A DNA stretch of 56,211 bases from a virus (taxonomy: Duplodnaviria > Caudoviricetes), in the IMG/VR virus record IMGVR_UViG_3300010354_000111, positions 1 through 56,211 of that record. One strand, given 5' to 3'. Made by a program: the position numbers and the translations under genes. Shown here piece by piece: positions 19,167-28,913 of the stretch. Below the pieces are notes generated by a model. It worked only from the letters and a program-made list of their open reading frames with translations, did not search any database and was not told the origin of the DNA. Position 1 is the stretch's first letter. The number at the start of each line of letters is the position of its first letter.

Positions 19167-22100
19167 TTATCCGCAGTGATATGTACAGGCTATTGTTTTA
19201 ACTTCTGTTGGTGATGAAAAAGTTACCGCCTCTCTAGCTTTAGCTACAGTATAATTCTTTAAATTCTCATCATTTTGATTCATACCCTTACCTCTCATCG
19301 AGGATGTTGTAATATAATCACCTATTTCTATATCTCCACCCTCACCGCAAACATTTATTTGACCTTCACCTAATGAATTAAAAATAACTAATCTATTATT
19401 ATTATAAGCACTTACAAATTCTGCCTTGACCGATCTAGTTATTTTAGAATCATTGTTTGCTGACGGAACTTGTGTAGTTTCGACTTCATTTATTTGTACT
19501 GTTATAGATTCACTATTGTTGTTAACAGTAAAATCAGATAACGCAGCGGGGATATGATCTGATTTATCTATATCATTACAAATAACTCCGACCACCGCCT
19601 TTTGTCTAGGTAAGTGGGATAATCCCACTTTAGTAATAACATCACTTATAGATTTTTTAGATACAACCTCTATATCTATAACTATATCCCCAAATGTGAA
19701 TTCTTCGTTATAATCTAATAATCCATCGTGTGATCCGGTAAATGGACCTACGCCTGCTGGTGCTCCTGTACCATCCCAATAGATAGCATAAGCACCTGTT
19801 GTAGCTAATTGAACTACATTTATGGCAGTATTAGTTGAATCTAAATATGCAAAATAACCTGCAAAACTAGAATGACCTATTTCTGCATAAGTTTTTATTT
19901 GATCTACGCCTGGATATTTAAAATAGAAACCTCCTGCTATATTGTTACCACCTAATAAAGTTTGAGTATTCCAAAATTGATTTTCTCGATTACTATCCCA
20001 AGCAACAAATTCTCCTGCAAAATTAGCACTACACGCTCCAAAGAATTTAGAACCCCTGTTAGGTGAAAAGGTTCCTGGATAATAATAACCATACGCTGAA
20101 TATTGTTGCGATCCTAAATGAAAAGTTGTTCTTAAAGTATTTAAGGCTGTATAAAAACTGTTCAGTTGTACAACACCATTACTGTTCAAAATTGAAGTAC
20201 TTTCCCAATTTCCATCAATATTATTAGTTCTTCCTCTCAATCCTACGATAGCAGCAGATGAATTTAATCCTCCGAAACTTGCTACTCCATAACCATTGTT
20301 ATTAGATATGTTTCTACTTACAACAGCTAAACCAATAGAATCATTCACATTAGATTCAAATACTCCAACTGCTTGCATAACACCACCAGTAGTAGTGTTT
20401 ACAACTTGTGTGCCTGTACCAAGCGAAAAAGTTCTACCGCTTGTTGTTGCTACTGTGCCTGTAGTTAACTTATTAACAGCTAATGTACCATCTACTATTA
20501 CAGTTCCACTCAAACCAGAAGCCGTAATCTTAGAATCTGTTATTTGCCCCGCAGCAATTTTATTTGTTGTAACTGAGTCAACAGCTAATTGTGTGGCGGT
20601 TACTGTTCCATCTACTAGTAATCCCCCATTAATGTAAGAAGTAAATTGTATCCATGTGCCAGTACTAGTGTTCCAATATCTAGTTTCGGAAAATTTAGCA
20701 GCGGAATTATAAAGTGTTACCTCATCTCTATTTACTCTATTTGTAGGAGAGGAACCACCAAAAATTTCAGTGATAGCTAGATTAGCAGTATCGTTATTCC
20801 AAGATGTTCCAGCTATAGATTTAGCAACAGAATAATTGCCTCTACTACCTGAGGATCCGTTAGTTCCATTAGTACCGTTTGATCCTTGTGCACCTTTTTC
20901 TACAAATACCACATATGAACTATTTGCTAATTTAATGTAAGAATTGCCATCTGTTAACTTTATAACATTGTTTACTACAGCACCTGCTGAATTAGCAGCT
21001 GCAAATGAGGAAAAAGAACCACCGGCGCCTGGACCATTTAAAAATGTTATTGGATTGGATCCTGTTGCAGTGGACAACTGATCCAGTGTTTTAGTGTTAC
21101 CTGTGGAATCAGTAATAGTGATAGTTCTAGCTAATGAACCTGAACCAAATAAAATATTACCACCAGAGTCTCTAATAGCTAGACCTCTGCTATCAATCAT
21201 AGAAGCAGTAATAACATTTGCACCAATGTGTTTTGCTGTGATTGCATTAGTAGCTATTTGTAAAGTAGTTACAGCGTTAGCAACTATATTATTAGCTTCT
21301 ACAACATTGGCTTGTAATGCTCTAGCATAAACAGAATTAGCAGCTAATTGAACTGCAGTAATCGCATTTGCAGCAATGTTATTAGCTTCTACAACATTTG
21401 CTTGTAAAGCTCTAGCATAAACTGAATTAGCTGCTAATTGAACGGCAGTGACCGCATTGGCCGCTATATTATTCGCCTCCACTACATTTGCTTGTAAAGC
21501 TCCCGCATAGATAGATAAGGCAGCTATTTTTACTGCAGTTACAGCATTTGCTTGTATTTTGGCTGAAGTTACAGCGTTGGCTTCTATAGCTCCAGCATAA
21601 ACTGAATTCGCTGCTAATTTATTTGCATCAATAGAATTAGCAGCAATTTTATCCGTAGTTACAGCATTTGTGGCAATAGCATTAGCAGTTACAGAATTCG
21701 CCGCGAATACATTGGCAGTTAAGGACCCTGCTGCTATTTCTGTAGCACTTATGGCACCTGCTGCAATTTTACCTGCAACTACAGCATTTACTGCTAATAA
21801 ATCTGAATTAATTGCACCAGCTTCAATTTGTTCTGTCTTTACTGCTCCAGCAGCTATTTTTCCAGCAGTTACTGCGTTTGCTAATATTTTATTTGCAGTT
21901 ACAGCATTAGCAGCTAATTCTGTAGCACTAACAGCTCCTGCTGCAATAGTTCCAGCAACAACTGATCCAGAAGCTAATTTTGCAGATGTAATGGCTCCTG
22001 CTTGTATAGCAGCAGAATTTATAGAATTAGCACCTACAATAGGAGTACCAGAACCAGTAATATAACTATTGTAACTATTCCATGCACCGCCTATATTAAT

Positions 22101-22910
22101 GTATAGATTACTATCTACAGTCCAAAACACCGTCCTTCCATCAAACAATGTTGTATTTGGTAAATTATATGGATCAGTCCAAATGCCTACACTTGCTAGG
22201 GAATTAGCTGTTGGTGTATATGCTGCTGAAGGTGATATCCAATTACCTTCATTATATACGTATAAAGTATTACTTAATAATACTTGGCGACCATTAAAAT
22301 TATTTGTAGAGGGCAGGGTTCCAACTACTTGAACGGATGCTATAGTGTTAGCGTTCGGAGTCAGAGCACTAGCATTTATCCAAGATGTACCATTCCAAGC
22401 ATATAATTTGTTATCAGTAGTATTGAAAACTATCTGTCCATTAGTGGTACCTGGCGAAGCTATACTATTTACTAAACCTACAGGAGAAGGCGTATTAGCA
22501 CTAATATTAGCTATCAAGTTAGTTAAATTAATTATAGAAATTAAATTGATATTTGCTAATGCGTTTCCTAAATTAGATAAATTTACTATTTGTATATTAG
22601 CTAAGGCGTTGTTTAGATTGTTTAAATTGACAGCATATACAGTATTAATAGCATTATTAAGATTCGTAAGATTTACAGCATATACTGAATTTAATGCATT
22701 ATTAAGATTTGTAAGATTTACGGCGGCAACACTATCTACATAAGCTATAGTTGCATATCCATTCCCTCCACCTCCGCCACCGCCTGTAATAGCTATGGCA
22801 TAAACATTAGCAATATTTTTATTAATTTTATCAAAGGCTGTGCGAATGGGATCGCCTGTCCCATCATTAGCACTACTACCAATATTTACGTTACTTATTG
22901 TATATGGCAT
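19167..22910 (-). CDS. Tail fibre 2 (1247 aa) with C-terminal autocleaving chaperone-like domain
   Basis: ANDGTGDPIRTAF (gp9/10-type N-terminus), ~10-aa ANAVTA.KIA repeats, C-terminal FTGSHD..GEGQINVCGEGGDIEIGD (peptidase G2-like). Confidence 0.82.
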   Translation of the reverse strand: MPYTISNVNIGSSANDGTGDPIRTAFDKINKNIANVYAIAITGGGGGGGNGYATIAYVDSVAAVNLTNLNNALNSVYAVNLTNLNNAINTVYAVNLNNLNNALANIQIVNLSNLGNALANINLISIINLTNLIANISANTPSPVGLVNSIASPGTTNGQIVFNTTDNKLYAWNGTSWINASALTPNANTIASVQVVGTLPSTNNFNGRQVLLSNTLYVYNEGNWISPSAAYTPTANSLASVGIWTDPYNLPNTTLFDGRTVFWTVDSNLYINIGGAWNSYNSYITGSGTPIVGANSINSAAIQAGAITSAKLASGSVVAGTIAAGAVSATELAANAVTANKILANAVTAGKIAAGAVKTEQIEAGAINSDLLAVNAVVAGKIAAGAISATEIAAGSLTANVFAANSVTANAIATNAVTTDKIAANSIDANKLAANSVYAGAIEANAVTSAKIQANAVTAVKIAALSIYAGALQANVVEANNIAANAVTAVQLAANSVYARALQANVVEANNIAANAITAVQLAANSVYARALQANVVEANNIVANAVTTLQIATNAITAKHIGANVITASMIDSRGLAIRDSGGNILFGSGSLARTITITDSTGNTKTLDQLSTATGSNPITFLNGPGAGGSFSSFAAANSAGAVVNNVIKLTDGNSYIKLANSSYVVFVEKGAQGSNGTNGTNGSSGSRGNYSVAKSIAGTSWNNDTANLAITEIFGGSSPTNRVNRDEVTLYNSAAKFSETRYWNTSTGTWIQFTSYINGGLLVDGTVTATQLAVDSVTTNKIAAGQITDSKITASGLSGTVIVDGTLAVNKLTTGTVATTSGRTFSLGTGTQVVNTTTGGVMQAVGVFESNVNDSIGLAVVSRNISNNNGYGVASFGGLNSSAAIVGLRGRTNNIDGNWESTSILNSNGVVQLNSFYTALNTLRTTFHLGSQQYSAYGYYYPGTFSPNRGSKFFGACSANFAGEFVAWDSNRENQFWNTQTLLGGNNIAGGFYFKYPGVDQIKTYAEIGHSSFAGYFAYLDSTNTAINVVQLATTGAYAIYWDGTGAPAGVGPFTGSHDGLLDYNEEFTFGDIVIDIEVVSKKSISDVITKVGLSHLPRQKAVVGVICNDIDKSDHIPAALSDFTVNNNSESITVQINEVETTQVPSANNDSKITRSVKAEFVSAYNNNRLVIFNSLGEGQINVCGEGGDIEIGDYITTSSMRGKGMNQNDENLKNYTVAKAREAVTFSSPTEVKTIACTYHCG
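21260..21530 (-). repeat. Three 90-nt coding repeats (ANAVTAVQLAANSVYARALQANVVEANNIA)
   Basis: Seen in both translation and DNA; boundaries approximate. Confidence 0.8.
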
Positions 22911-22913
22911 TTA

Positions 22914-25900
22914 TTATCCAGCGTGATAAATACAAGCTATTGTTTTAACTTCTGTTGGTGAGGAAAATGTTACTGCTTCTCTAGATTTGGCTACAGTATA
23001 ATTTCGGAAAAGATCATCAGCTTGTTTCATACCTTTGCCTCTCATAGAAGATGTAGTAATAAAATCTCCAATTTCTATGTCTCCGCCTTCGCCGCAAACA
23101 TTTATTTGACCCTCGCCTAAAGCATTGAAGGTAATTAATCTGTTGTTTTCTAATATTGCTTGATACTGAGGTTTGACTTTGAATACAGGAGTATTTACTT
23201 CTTTAGATTTAACTGTTGGTGTGGTAATTCCAGTTGCCTCATTATATGTATCTTCTATTTCTATAGTATTAGTATCTTCCTCAAACTCTCCTAAAGCAGC
23301 AGGTATATGTGTGGTTAAGTCAACATCTGAACTAATTACACCCACGGCTGCCTTTTGATTAGGCGCACTTGATAAAGAAACTTTAGTTATAGTATCACTT
23401 ATACCATGCCTTGCCACAACTTCTACATCAACTACTATATCTCCAAATTCAAAAGTTTCACTATAATCCAATAATGCATCATGGCCTCCTGTAAATGGAC
23501 CTACACCTGCTCCGGTCCCAGAAGTACCAACCCAATAAAGAGCGTAGCTACCAGTTGTAGCAGTTTGGGCAATTTGTACAGTATTTATAGCAGTGCCAGA
23601 TGTGTTCCTTGACTGAAAATAACCAGCCACAGCATTACCTGCAATTTCTGCGTATGATTTAATAACACTAGAGCCAGAATGAAAGAAGTATGTGCCAATA
23701 CCAAACGAAACACCTGCTAAAAGTGTTTGTGTTCTTACAGAATTTGGATTAGTAGCCGCCCATCTGAAAAATTCACCCGCATAATTTGCAGAACATAAAT
23801 CGAAACTTTGCACAATTCCTGCTGCACCACTAGTTGAATATGTACCGGTAGCAGCTCTACTTACCAACCCATAACCAAAAGTAGACGCAAGATTATTTAA
23901 ACCATGATTGAAATTGGAAGCACACGCCTCATTAACTGTGTTTAAAATGACGGCATTTACCCAATTTCCATCTATAGAATTGGTTCTACCCTTTAAACCA
24001 GCATAAGAAGCAGCCCCATTTAATCCAGCAAATCCTGCAAAACAATAACCATTATTATTAGAGATACTTCTAGCTATCGCCGTTACCCCTATAGAATCAT
24101 TTGTAGAAGTTTCAAATACAGAGACTGCAGGCATTGCTGTGCCAGTTGTTACATTAATAACTTGTGTGCCTGCACCAAGTGAAAAAGTTCTACCAGTGCT
24201 AGTACTTACACTACCACTTGCTAATCTATCCACTGCTAAAGTACCGGTTGAAATAACTGTTCCGTTGATACCAGAAGCAGATATTCTATCTGTCGTAATT
24301 GAACCTGTAGCAATCTTAGCTGTGGTTACCGCGCCAGCGGCAATTTGATCAGCAGAAACGGTTCCATTTACTAGTAATCCTCCATTTATATAAGCAGTGA
24401 ATTGTATCCATGTGCCAGTTGTACTATTCCAATACCTAGTTTGAGAAAAATTAGCAGAAGTATTATATAACGTCACCTCATCTCTATTTACTCTATTTGA
24501 AGGAGAAGAACCACCTACAATATCAGTAATAGCTTGATTTGCTTCAGCATCAGACCAAGCAGATCCAGCAATAGCTTTTGCAATTTTAAGATTTCCTCTA
24601 GCACCAGGAGAGCCATTTGTTCCGTTAGTACCATTAGTACCATTAGTACCATTTGTTCCGTTAGTTCCGTTAGTTCCACTTGTCCCTGCAAATCCTAAAG
24701 AATATGCTGTAGTTGAACTCCATGTTATAGTATTAGTGGCAGCCGAATCTGTATCTGAATAGGTTTGAGATACTCCCCATAATGTAGTCCCTGCTACAGC
24801 TGCTGGCGGTGTAGTAGACCATCCATTCAATGTAGCAGGTGCGGTGAAAGCACCAGTTGCCCATGTATATGAACTTGTACCTCCAGGAAATGTTGTAGGA
24901 ATAACAGCACTCCATCTATACATTTCTATTTCAGCAGTTCTTCTACCAGGAGAGCCATTTGTTCCGTTAGTACCATTTGTTCCATTGGTGCCATTAGTAC
25001 CACTAGTGCCATTGGTGCCATTAGTACCGTTAGTACCATTAGTACCATTAGCACCAGAAGAAGCAATAAGTGCCCAATAAGCGGATCCAGTAGGCGCCGG
25101 GGTTTGATTAGAAAAACTTACTGGAGATAAGAAACCTAAACCAAGACTTGTGCCAGCAGTAGTGCCTACTGCTGCGCCCCCTAAAGTTTCACTTAAGGTA
25201 AATGTGGTACTGCCGTTAGTGGCAGTAATATAATAAGTATTACCTTCGTAAGTATTTGCATAATTTGTTATGGCACCTGTTCCTGCTCTTATGCCTTCTA
25301 CTTTCATTCCAAAACCAACTACTAACGTATTAGCAGGAGCAGCTGCTCCCAAACTAAAGGTGCCACTAGCTCCTATCGTTACAGTTCCAATACTTTGTGA
25401 ATTTGACCTACCATAGGTTGCTAAATAACTATTACCTTGATATATTACAGCATCATTATTATTGTAAGAAGCACTTGCAGAATAAGTCCCTCTCCAATTA
25501 ACAGAAACTCCCCTAAAGGCTTTGGATATTGAAAATCTTCTAGTAATACTGGCATAACCAGATCTTGAAGCAGTTATATCAACAAAACCTACATTTGCTC
25601 CTAAACTTGTAACAGTTTGTGTCCTGCTAGTTACTGCTTGACTAGTAATAACATTAGTTTTTACAGCATTGAAAGTCCAATTTCCACTATCATCTGCACC
25701 ACCGTTTAAGACAGTTATAGTGGTATTAGCGCCAGCATAACTCAATACAGTACCAAAACCGTCACATGGTAGGGTTATAGAATCGTTATCTAAATATGCT
25801 ACGACACCATTTGTTCCATTAGTACCATTCGTTCCGTTAGTACCATTTGTTCCATTAGTACCGGTACTACCTCTTTCCAAAAATAAGTTCCAACTACCAG

Positions 25901-28694
25901 TAGATAATTTTACGTATGAGTTGCCATCTAATAATCTAACAACATTATTAGTAACTGCTCCTGCTGCATCTGCCGCTGCTGTACTATTATAACTACCATC
26001 TGGATTTGGGCCAGATTTAAATGTAACAGGCTGAGCACCGGATGCTGATGCTATTTGATCTAGTGTTCTAGTTACACCTAAAGAATCAGTTATACTTACA
26101 GTTCTAGCTATAGAACCAGAACTTAAAATTACATTACCAGTGGAGTCTCTTATAATTAAACCATTACTATTAATCATACCTGCAGTAATAACATTTGCCC
26201 CTACATGCTTGGCAGTTATTACATTTACACCCAAGGAATCCGTAGTGACAGAATTAGCTTGCAAAGCTCCAGCATAAATTGATAATGCAGCTATCTTAGC
26301 AGCGGTAATGGCATTTGCTTGAATTTTATCTGCAGATATAGAATTAGATTCTATAGCATTAGCTGTGACAGCATTAGCTGCTATTGTTAAAGCCGTAACA
26401 GCATTAGCAGCTATGGCGTTAGCTGTTACTGCGAATGCTTGAATGGCATTAGCATATACCGTATTAGCAGCTAATTGTACAGCTGTAATAGAATTAGCCG
26501 CTATTGTATTAGCGGTAACCGAATTAGCTTGCAATGCACCAGCATACACAGATAAGGCTGCTAATTGTACAGCTGTAATAGAATTGGCTGCTATTTTGTC
26601 TGACGTAATAGCATTAGATAATATAGCATTTGCATATACAGAATTAGCCGCTAATTGTACAGCTGTGATTGAATTAGCTGCTATATTATTTGCTGATACT
26701 GAATTAGCTTGTAAAGCGCCAGCATAAACGGACAATGCTGCAATTGTAACGGCAGTAACAGCATTAGCTGCTATCTTTCCTGCGGTTACTGCGCCAGCAG
26801 CTAAAGCATTGGCGTTGACCTCACCTGCTGCAATTGTAACAGCTGTAACTGCGTTAGCTGCTATCTTTCCTGCGGTTACAGCTCCCGCTGCTAGAGCATT
26901 CGCATTTACCTCACCTGCTGCTATTGTAACAGCTGTAACTGCGTTAGCGGCAATTTTACCAGCAGTTATAGCAAAAGCAGCTATACTATTAGCATCAACT
27001 GCACCAGCAGCTATAGTTGCAGTTGTAACAGCATTAGCTGCTATCTTTCCTGCAGTAACAGCAAGTGCAGATATTGCATTTGCATCTACTGCCCCTGCTA
27101 GTATTTTTACGGATGTGATAGAATTCGCTGCAATGGCATTAGCAGTTACAGCGTTGGCCTCTATAGCTAATGCTGTAACCGAATTAGCAGCTAATTTATT
27201 TGCAGTAATAGCAGAAGCTGCTATTTCGTTAGCTCCAATAGTACCAGCTTGTATTTTACCAGCTACTACAGAATTAGCTGCTAATAAATTAGCAGTAATT
27301 GCTCCTGCAGCTATTTCTGCTGATGTGATAGCTGCAGCAGCTATTTTTCCTGCAACAATTGCATTTGCGGCCACTTTATCAGATGTTACAGCATCTGCTG
27401 CTAACTCAGTTGTTCTTATAGCTCCAGCAGCTATTTTACCTATTATAATCGCGTTAGCTACAATTTTATCTGAAGTAATAATACCACTTTGTAAAGCAGC
27501 TGAATTTATTGTATTGGCAGCAAGTATAACATTACCTGATCCTGCTATGTAACTATTGAAACTATTCCATGCATTACCAACACTAATATACATTCCATTA
27601 TCACCACCTGTCCATAAAACAACACGACCATCAAAAAGATTAGCGGTAGGTAAAACGTTAGCTGATATTAATTGAATAGAGGCAATAGAATTTGCGGTGG
27701 GAGTAAAAGCAGATTGAGGATTCACCCAATCAGTTCCGTTCCATACGTATACTTGATTGTTGTAGTAAACTTGTCTACCAGTAAAATTATTTGTGGCAGG
27801 CAGAGAGTCTACAATCTGTACTGACGCTACAGAATTAGCATTCGGTGTAAATGCAGCAGTAGCTGTTATCCATGCAGTACCATTCCAAACATAAAGTCCA
27901 TTATCTGATTGATTAACTACAGTTTGACCAGTGACTGTTCCATTTGACTGTAGATTCGCTACTAAAGGAAGCGGGCCCGGAGTATTAGCAGATAAACTTG
28001 TAATTACAGTTGTGAAATTTGAAAGTGCAGTAACATTTACATTGGCTAACGCGTTGGATAAATTGCTTTGATCTAAAAGCTGAGCATTAGCTAAGGCATT
28101 ACTTAATGCTGATAAATTAACAGCGTTGACATTCGCTAAAGCATTATTTAAGGAACTGAGATTGACTGCATTAACATTTGCTAAAGCATTATTCAAAGCT
28201 GATAAATTAACGGCAGAAACATTGGCTAAAGCATTATTAAGTGCAGACAAATTAACAGCATTTACATTAGCTAACGCATTGTCTAGAGACGATAAATTCA
28301 CAGCAGCGACATTAGCTATAGCATTATTCAAAGCATTTAGATTCACTGCATTAACATTAGCTAACGCGTTGCTAAGATTAGAAAGATCTACGCCTATTAC
28401 TTGAGCAATTCTTAAATTAGTATAAGCGTTAGTTGCATCAAATTTTGAATCTAAAGTTGCAATAAACGCATTAGAAACACCTACATTAGATACGGCATTG
28501 TCCACATATGCTGTGGTAGCATACCCGGCAATTGTTATATTACCTACGTTACCACTAACTCCCCCTGCTAATAAGGCTAAAGCATAAACATTAGAAAAGT
28601 TTTGATTAATCTTATTAAATGCAGTGCGAATAGGATCGCCGGTGCCGTCATTTGCATAGGCACCTATATTAATATTGCTAATTGATAATGGCAT
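22914..28694 (-). CDS. Tail fibre 1 (1926 aa), paralogue of fibre 2
   Basis: Same N-terminus, repeat types and C-terminal domain as fibre 2, plus extra modules bounded by (GTN)n. Confidence 0.85.
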   Translation of the reverse strand: MPLSISNINIGAYANDGTGDPIRTAFNKINQNFSNVYALALLAGGVSGNVGNITIAGYATTAYVDNAVSNVGVSNAFIATLDSKFDATNAYTNLRIAQVIGVDLSNLSNALANVNAVNLNALNNAIANVAAVNLSSLDNALANVNAVNLSALNNALANVSAVNLSALNNALANVNAVNLSSLNNALANVNAVNLSALSNALANAQLLDQSNLSNALANVNVTALSNFTTVITSLSANTPGPLPLVANLQSNGTVTGQTVVNQSDNGLYVWNGTAWITATAAFTPNANSVASVQIVDSLPATNNFTGRQVYYNNQVYVWNGTDWVNPQSAFTPTANSIASIQLISANVLPTANLFDGRVVLWTGGDNGMYISVGNAWNSFNSYIAGSGNVILAANTINSAALQSGIITSDKIVANAIIIGKIAAGAIRTTELAADAVTSDKVAANAIVAGKIAAAAITSAEIAAGAITANLLAANSVVAGKIQAGTIGANEIAASAITANKLAANSVTALAIEANAVTANAIAANSITSVKILAGAVDANAISALAVTAGKIAANAVTTATIAAGAVDANSIAAFAITAGKIAANAVTAVTIAAGEVNANALAAGAVTAGKIAANAVTAVTIAAGEVNANALAAGAVTAGKIAANAVTAVTIAALSVYAGALQANSVSANNIAANSITAVQLAANSVYANAILSNAITSDKIAANSITAVQLAALSVYAGALQANSVTANTIAANSITAVQLAANTVYANAIQAFAVTANAIAANAVTALTIAANAVTANAIESNSISADKIQANAITAAKIAALSIYAGALQANSVTTDSLGVNVITAKHVGANVITAGMINSNGLIIRDSTGNVILSSGSIARTVSITDSLGVTRTLDQIASASGAQPVTFKSGPNPDGSYNSTAAADAAGAVTNNVVRLLDGNSYVKLSTGSWNLFLERGSTGTNGTNGTNGTNGTNGTNGVVAYLDNDSITLPCDGFGTVLSYAGANTTITVLNGGADDSGNWTFNAVKTNVITSQAVTSRTQTVTSLGANVGFVDITASRSGYASITRRFSISKAFRGVSVNWRGTYSASASYNNNDAVIYQGNSYLATYGRSNSQSIGTVTIGASGTFSLGAAAPANTLVVGFGMKVEGIRAGTGAITNYANTYEGNTYYITATNGSTTFTLSETLGGAAVGTTAGTSLGLGFLSPVSFSNQTPAPTGSAYWALIASSGANGTNGTNGTNGTNGTSGTNGTNGTNGTNGTNGSPGRRTAEIEMYRWSAVIPTTFPGGTSSYTWATGAFTAPATLNGWSTTPPAAVAGTTLWGVSQTYSDTDSAATNTITWSSTTAYSLGFAGTSGTNGTNGTNGTNGTNGTNGTNGSPGARGNLKIAKAIAGSAWSDAEANQAITDIVGGSSPSNRVNRDEVTLYNTSANFSQTRYWNSTTGTWIQFTAYINGGLLVNGTVSADQIAAGAVTTAKIATGSITTDRISASGINGTVISTGTLAVDRLASGSVSTSTGRTFSLGAGTQVINVTTGTAMPAVSVFETSTNDSIGVTAIARSISNNNGYCFAGFAGLNGAASYAGLKGRTNSIDGNWVNAVILNTVNEACASNFNHGLNNLASTFGYGLVSRAATGTYSTSGAAGIVQSFDLCSANYAGEFFRWAATNPNSVRTQTLLAGVSFGIGTYFFHSGSSVIKSYAEIAGNAVAGYFQSRNTSGTAINTVQIAQTATTGSYALYWVGTSGTGAGVGPFTGGHDALLDYSETFEFGDIVVDVEVVARHGISDTITKVSLSSAPNQKAAVGVISSDVDLTTHIPAALGEFEEDTNTIEIEDTYNEATGITTPTVKSKEVNTPVFKVKPQYQAILENNRLITFNALGEGQINVCGEGGDIEIGDFITTSSMRGKGMKQADDLFRNYTVAKSREAVTFSSPTEVKTIACIYHAG
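24612..24685 (-). repeat. (Gly-Thr-Asn)n 9-nt coding repeat, tract 3
   Basis: ccattagta/ccgttagta/ccatttgtt units. Confidence 0.85.
24952..25052 (-). repeat. (Gly-Thr-Asn)n 9-nt coding repeat, tract 2
   Basis: About 11 GTN-type triplets. Confidence 0.85.
25806..25863 (-). repeat. (Gly-Thr-Asn)n 9-nt coding repeat, tract 1
   Basis: About 6 GTN triplets. Confidence 0.85.
26230..27480 (-). repeat. ~10-aa/30-aa coding repeats of the fibre shaft
   Basis: AAGAVTAGKIAANAVTAVTIAAGEVNANAL occurs twice in tandem among many degenerate copies. Confidence 0.8.
28040..28390 (-). repeat. 42-nt (14-aa) coding repeat AVNLSALNNALANV, about 8 copies
   Basis: Double-heptad coiled-coil repeat; about 4-5 copies in fibre 2 at ~22530-22730. 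Confidence 0.85.
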
Positions 28695-28913
28695 TTACTT
28701 TTCTTTAGAATTAACCAATTGAATTAGTAAAGATTTTATATCAGATATATCTGATTTCATATTATTTATTTGATCAGATAAATCATCCACTCTGTTAGAA
28801 ATTAGTTTTCTGTTTTTGTGTTCTGCAAGTGATGCCCTATCTGTATTAAGTAAGGCATTGGAAATCAAGTCCTTTTTGAAACTTTTTTCATCTTCTATAG
28901 GTAGTAATATCAT
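28695..28913 (-). CDS. Small coiled-coil protein, 72 aa
   Basis: KD..SNALLNTD....L..I.N.KSDISDIKSLL, typical of the gene after VrlC-like genes in T4-like phages. Confidence 0.75.
   Translation of the reverse strand: MILLPIEDEKSFKKDLISNALLNTDRASLAEHKNRKLISNRVDDLSDQINNMKSDISDIKSLLIQLVNSKEK

Noticed and set aside
19167-23130. Similar 3' ends of the two fibres as a DGR template/variable repeat pair
   Set aside because: Differences are mostly synonymous and not adenine-specific, both copies are coding, and no reverse transcriptase is in the window.
24612-28390. Tandem repeats as a CRISPR array or non-coding repeat array
   Set aside because: All are in-frame degenerate coding repeats with no unique spacers.
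18211-28404. Many long plus-strand ORFs (up to 247 aa) opposite the fibre genes
   Set aside because: These are antisense shadows of Ala/Asn/Thr/Val repeat codons that lack reverse-strand stops; they have no RBS or independent features.
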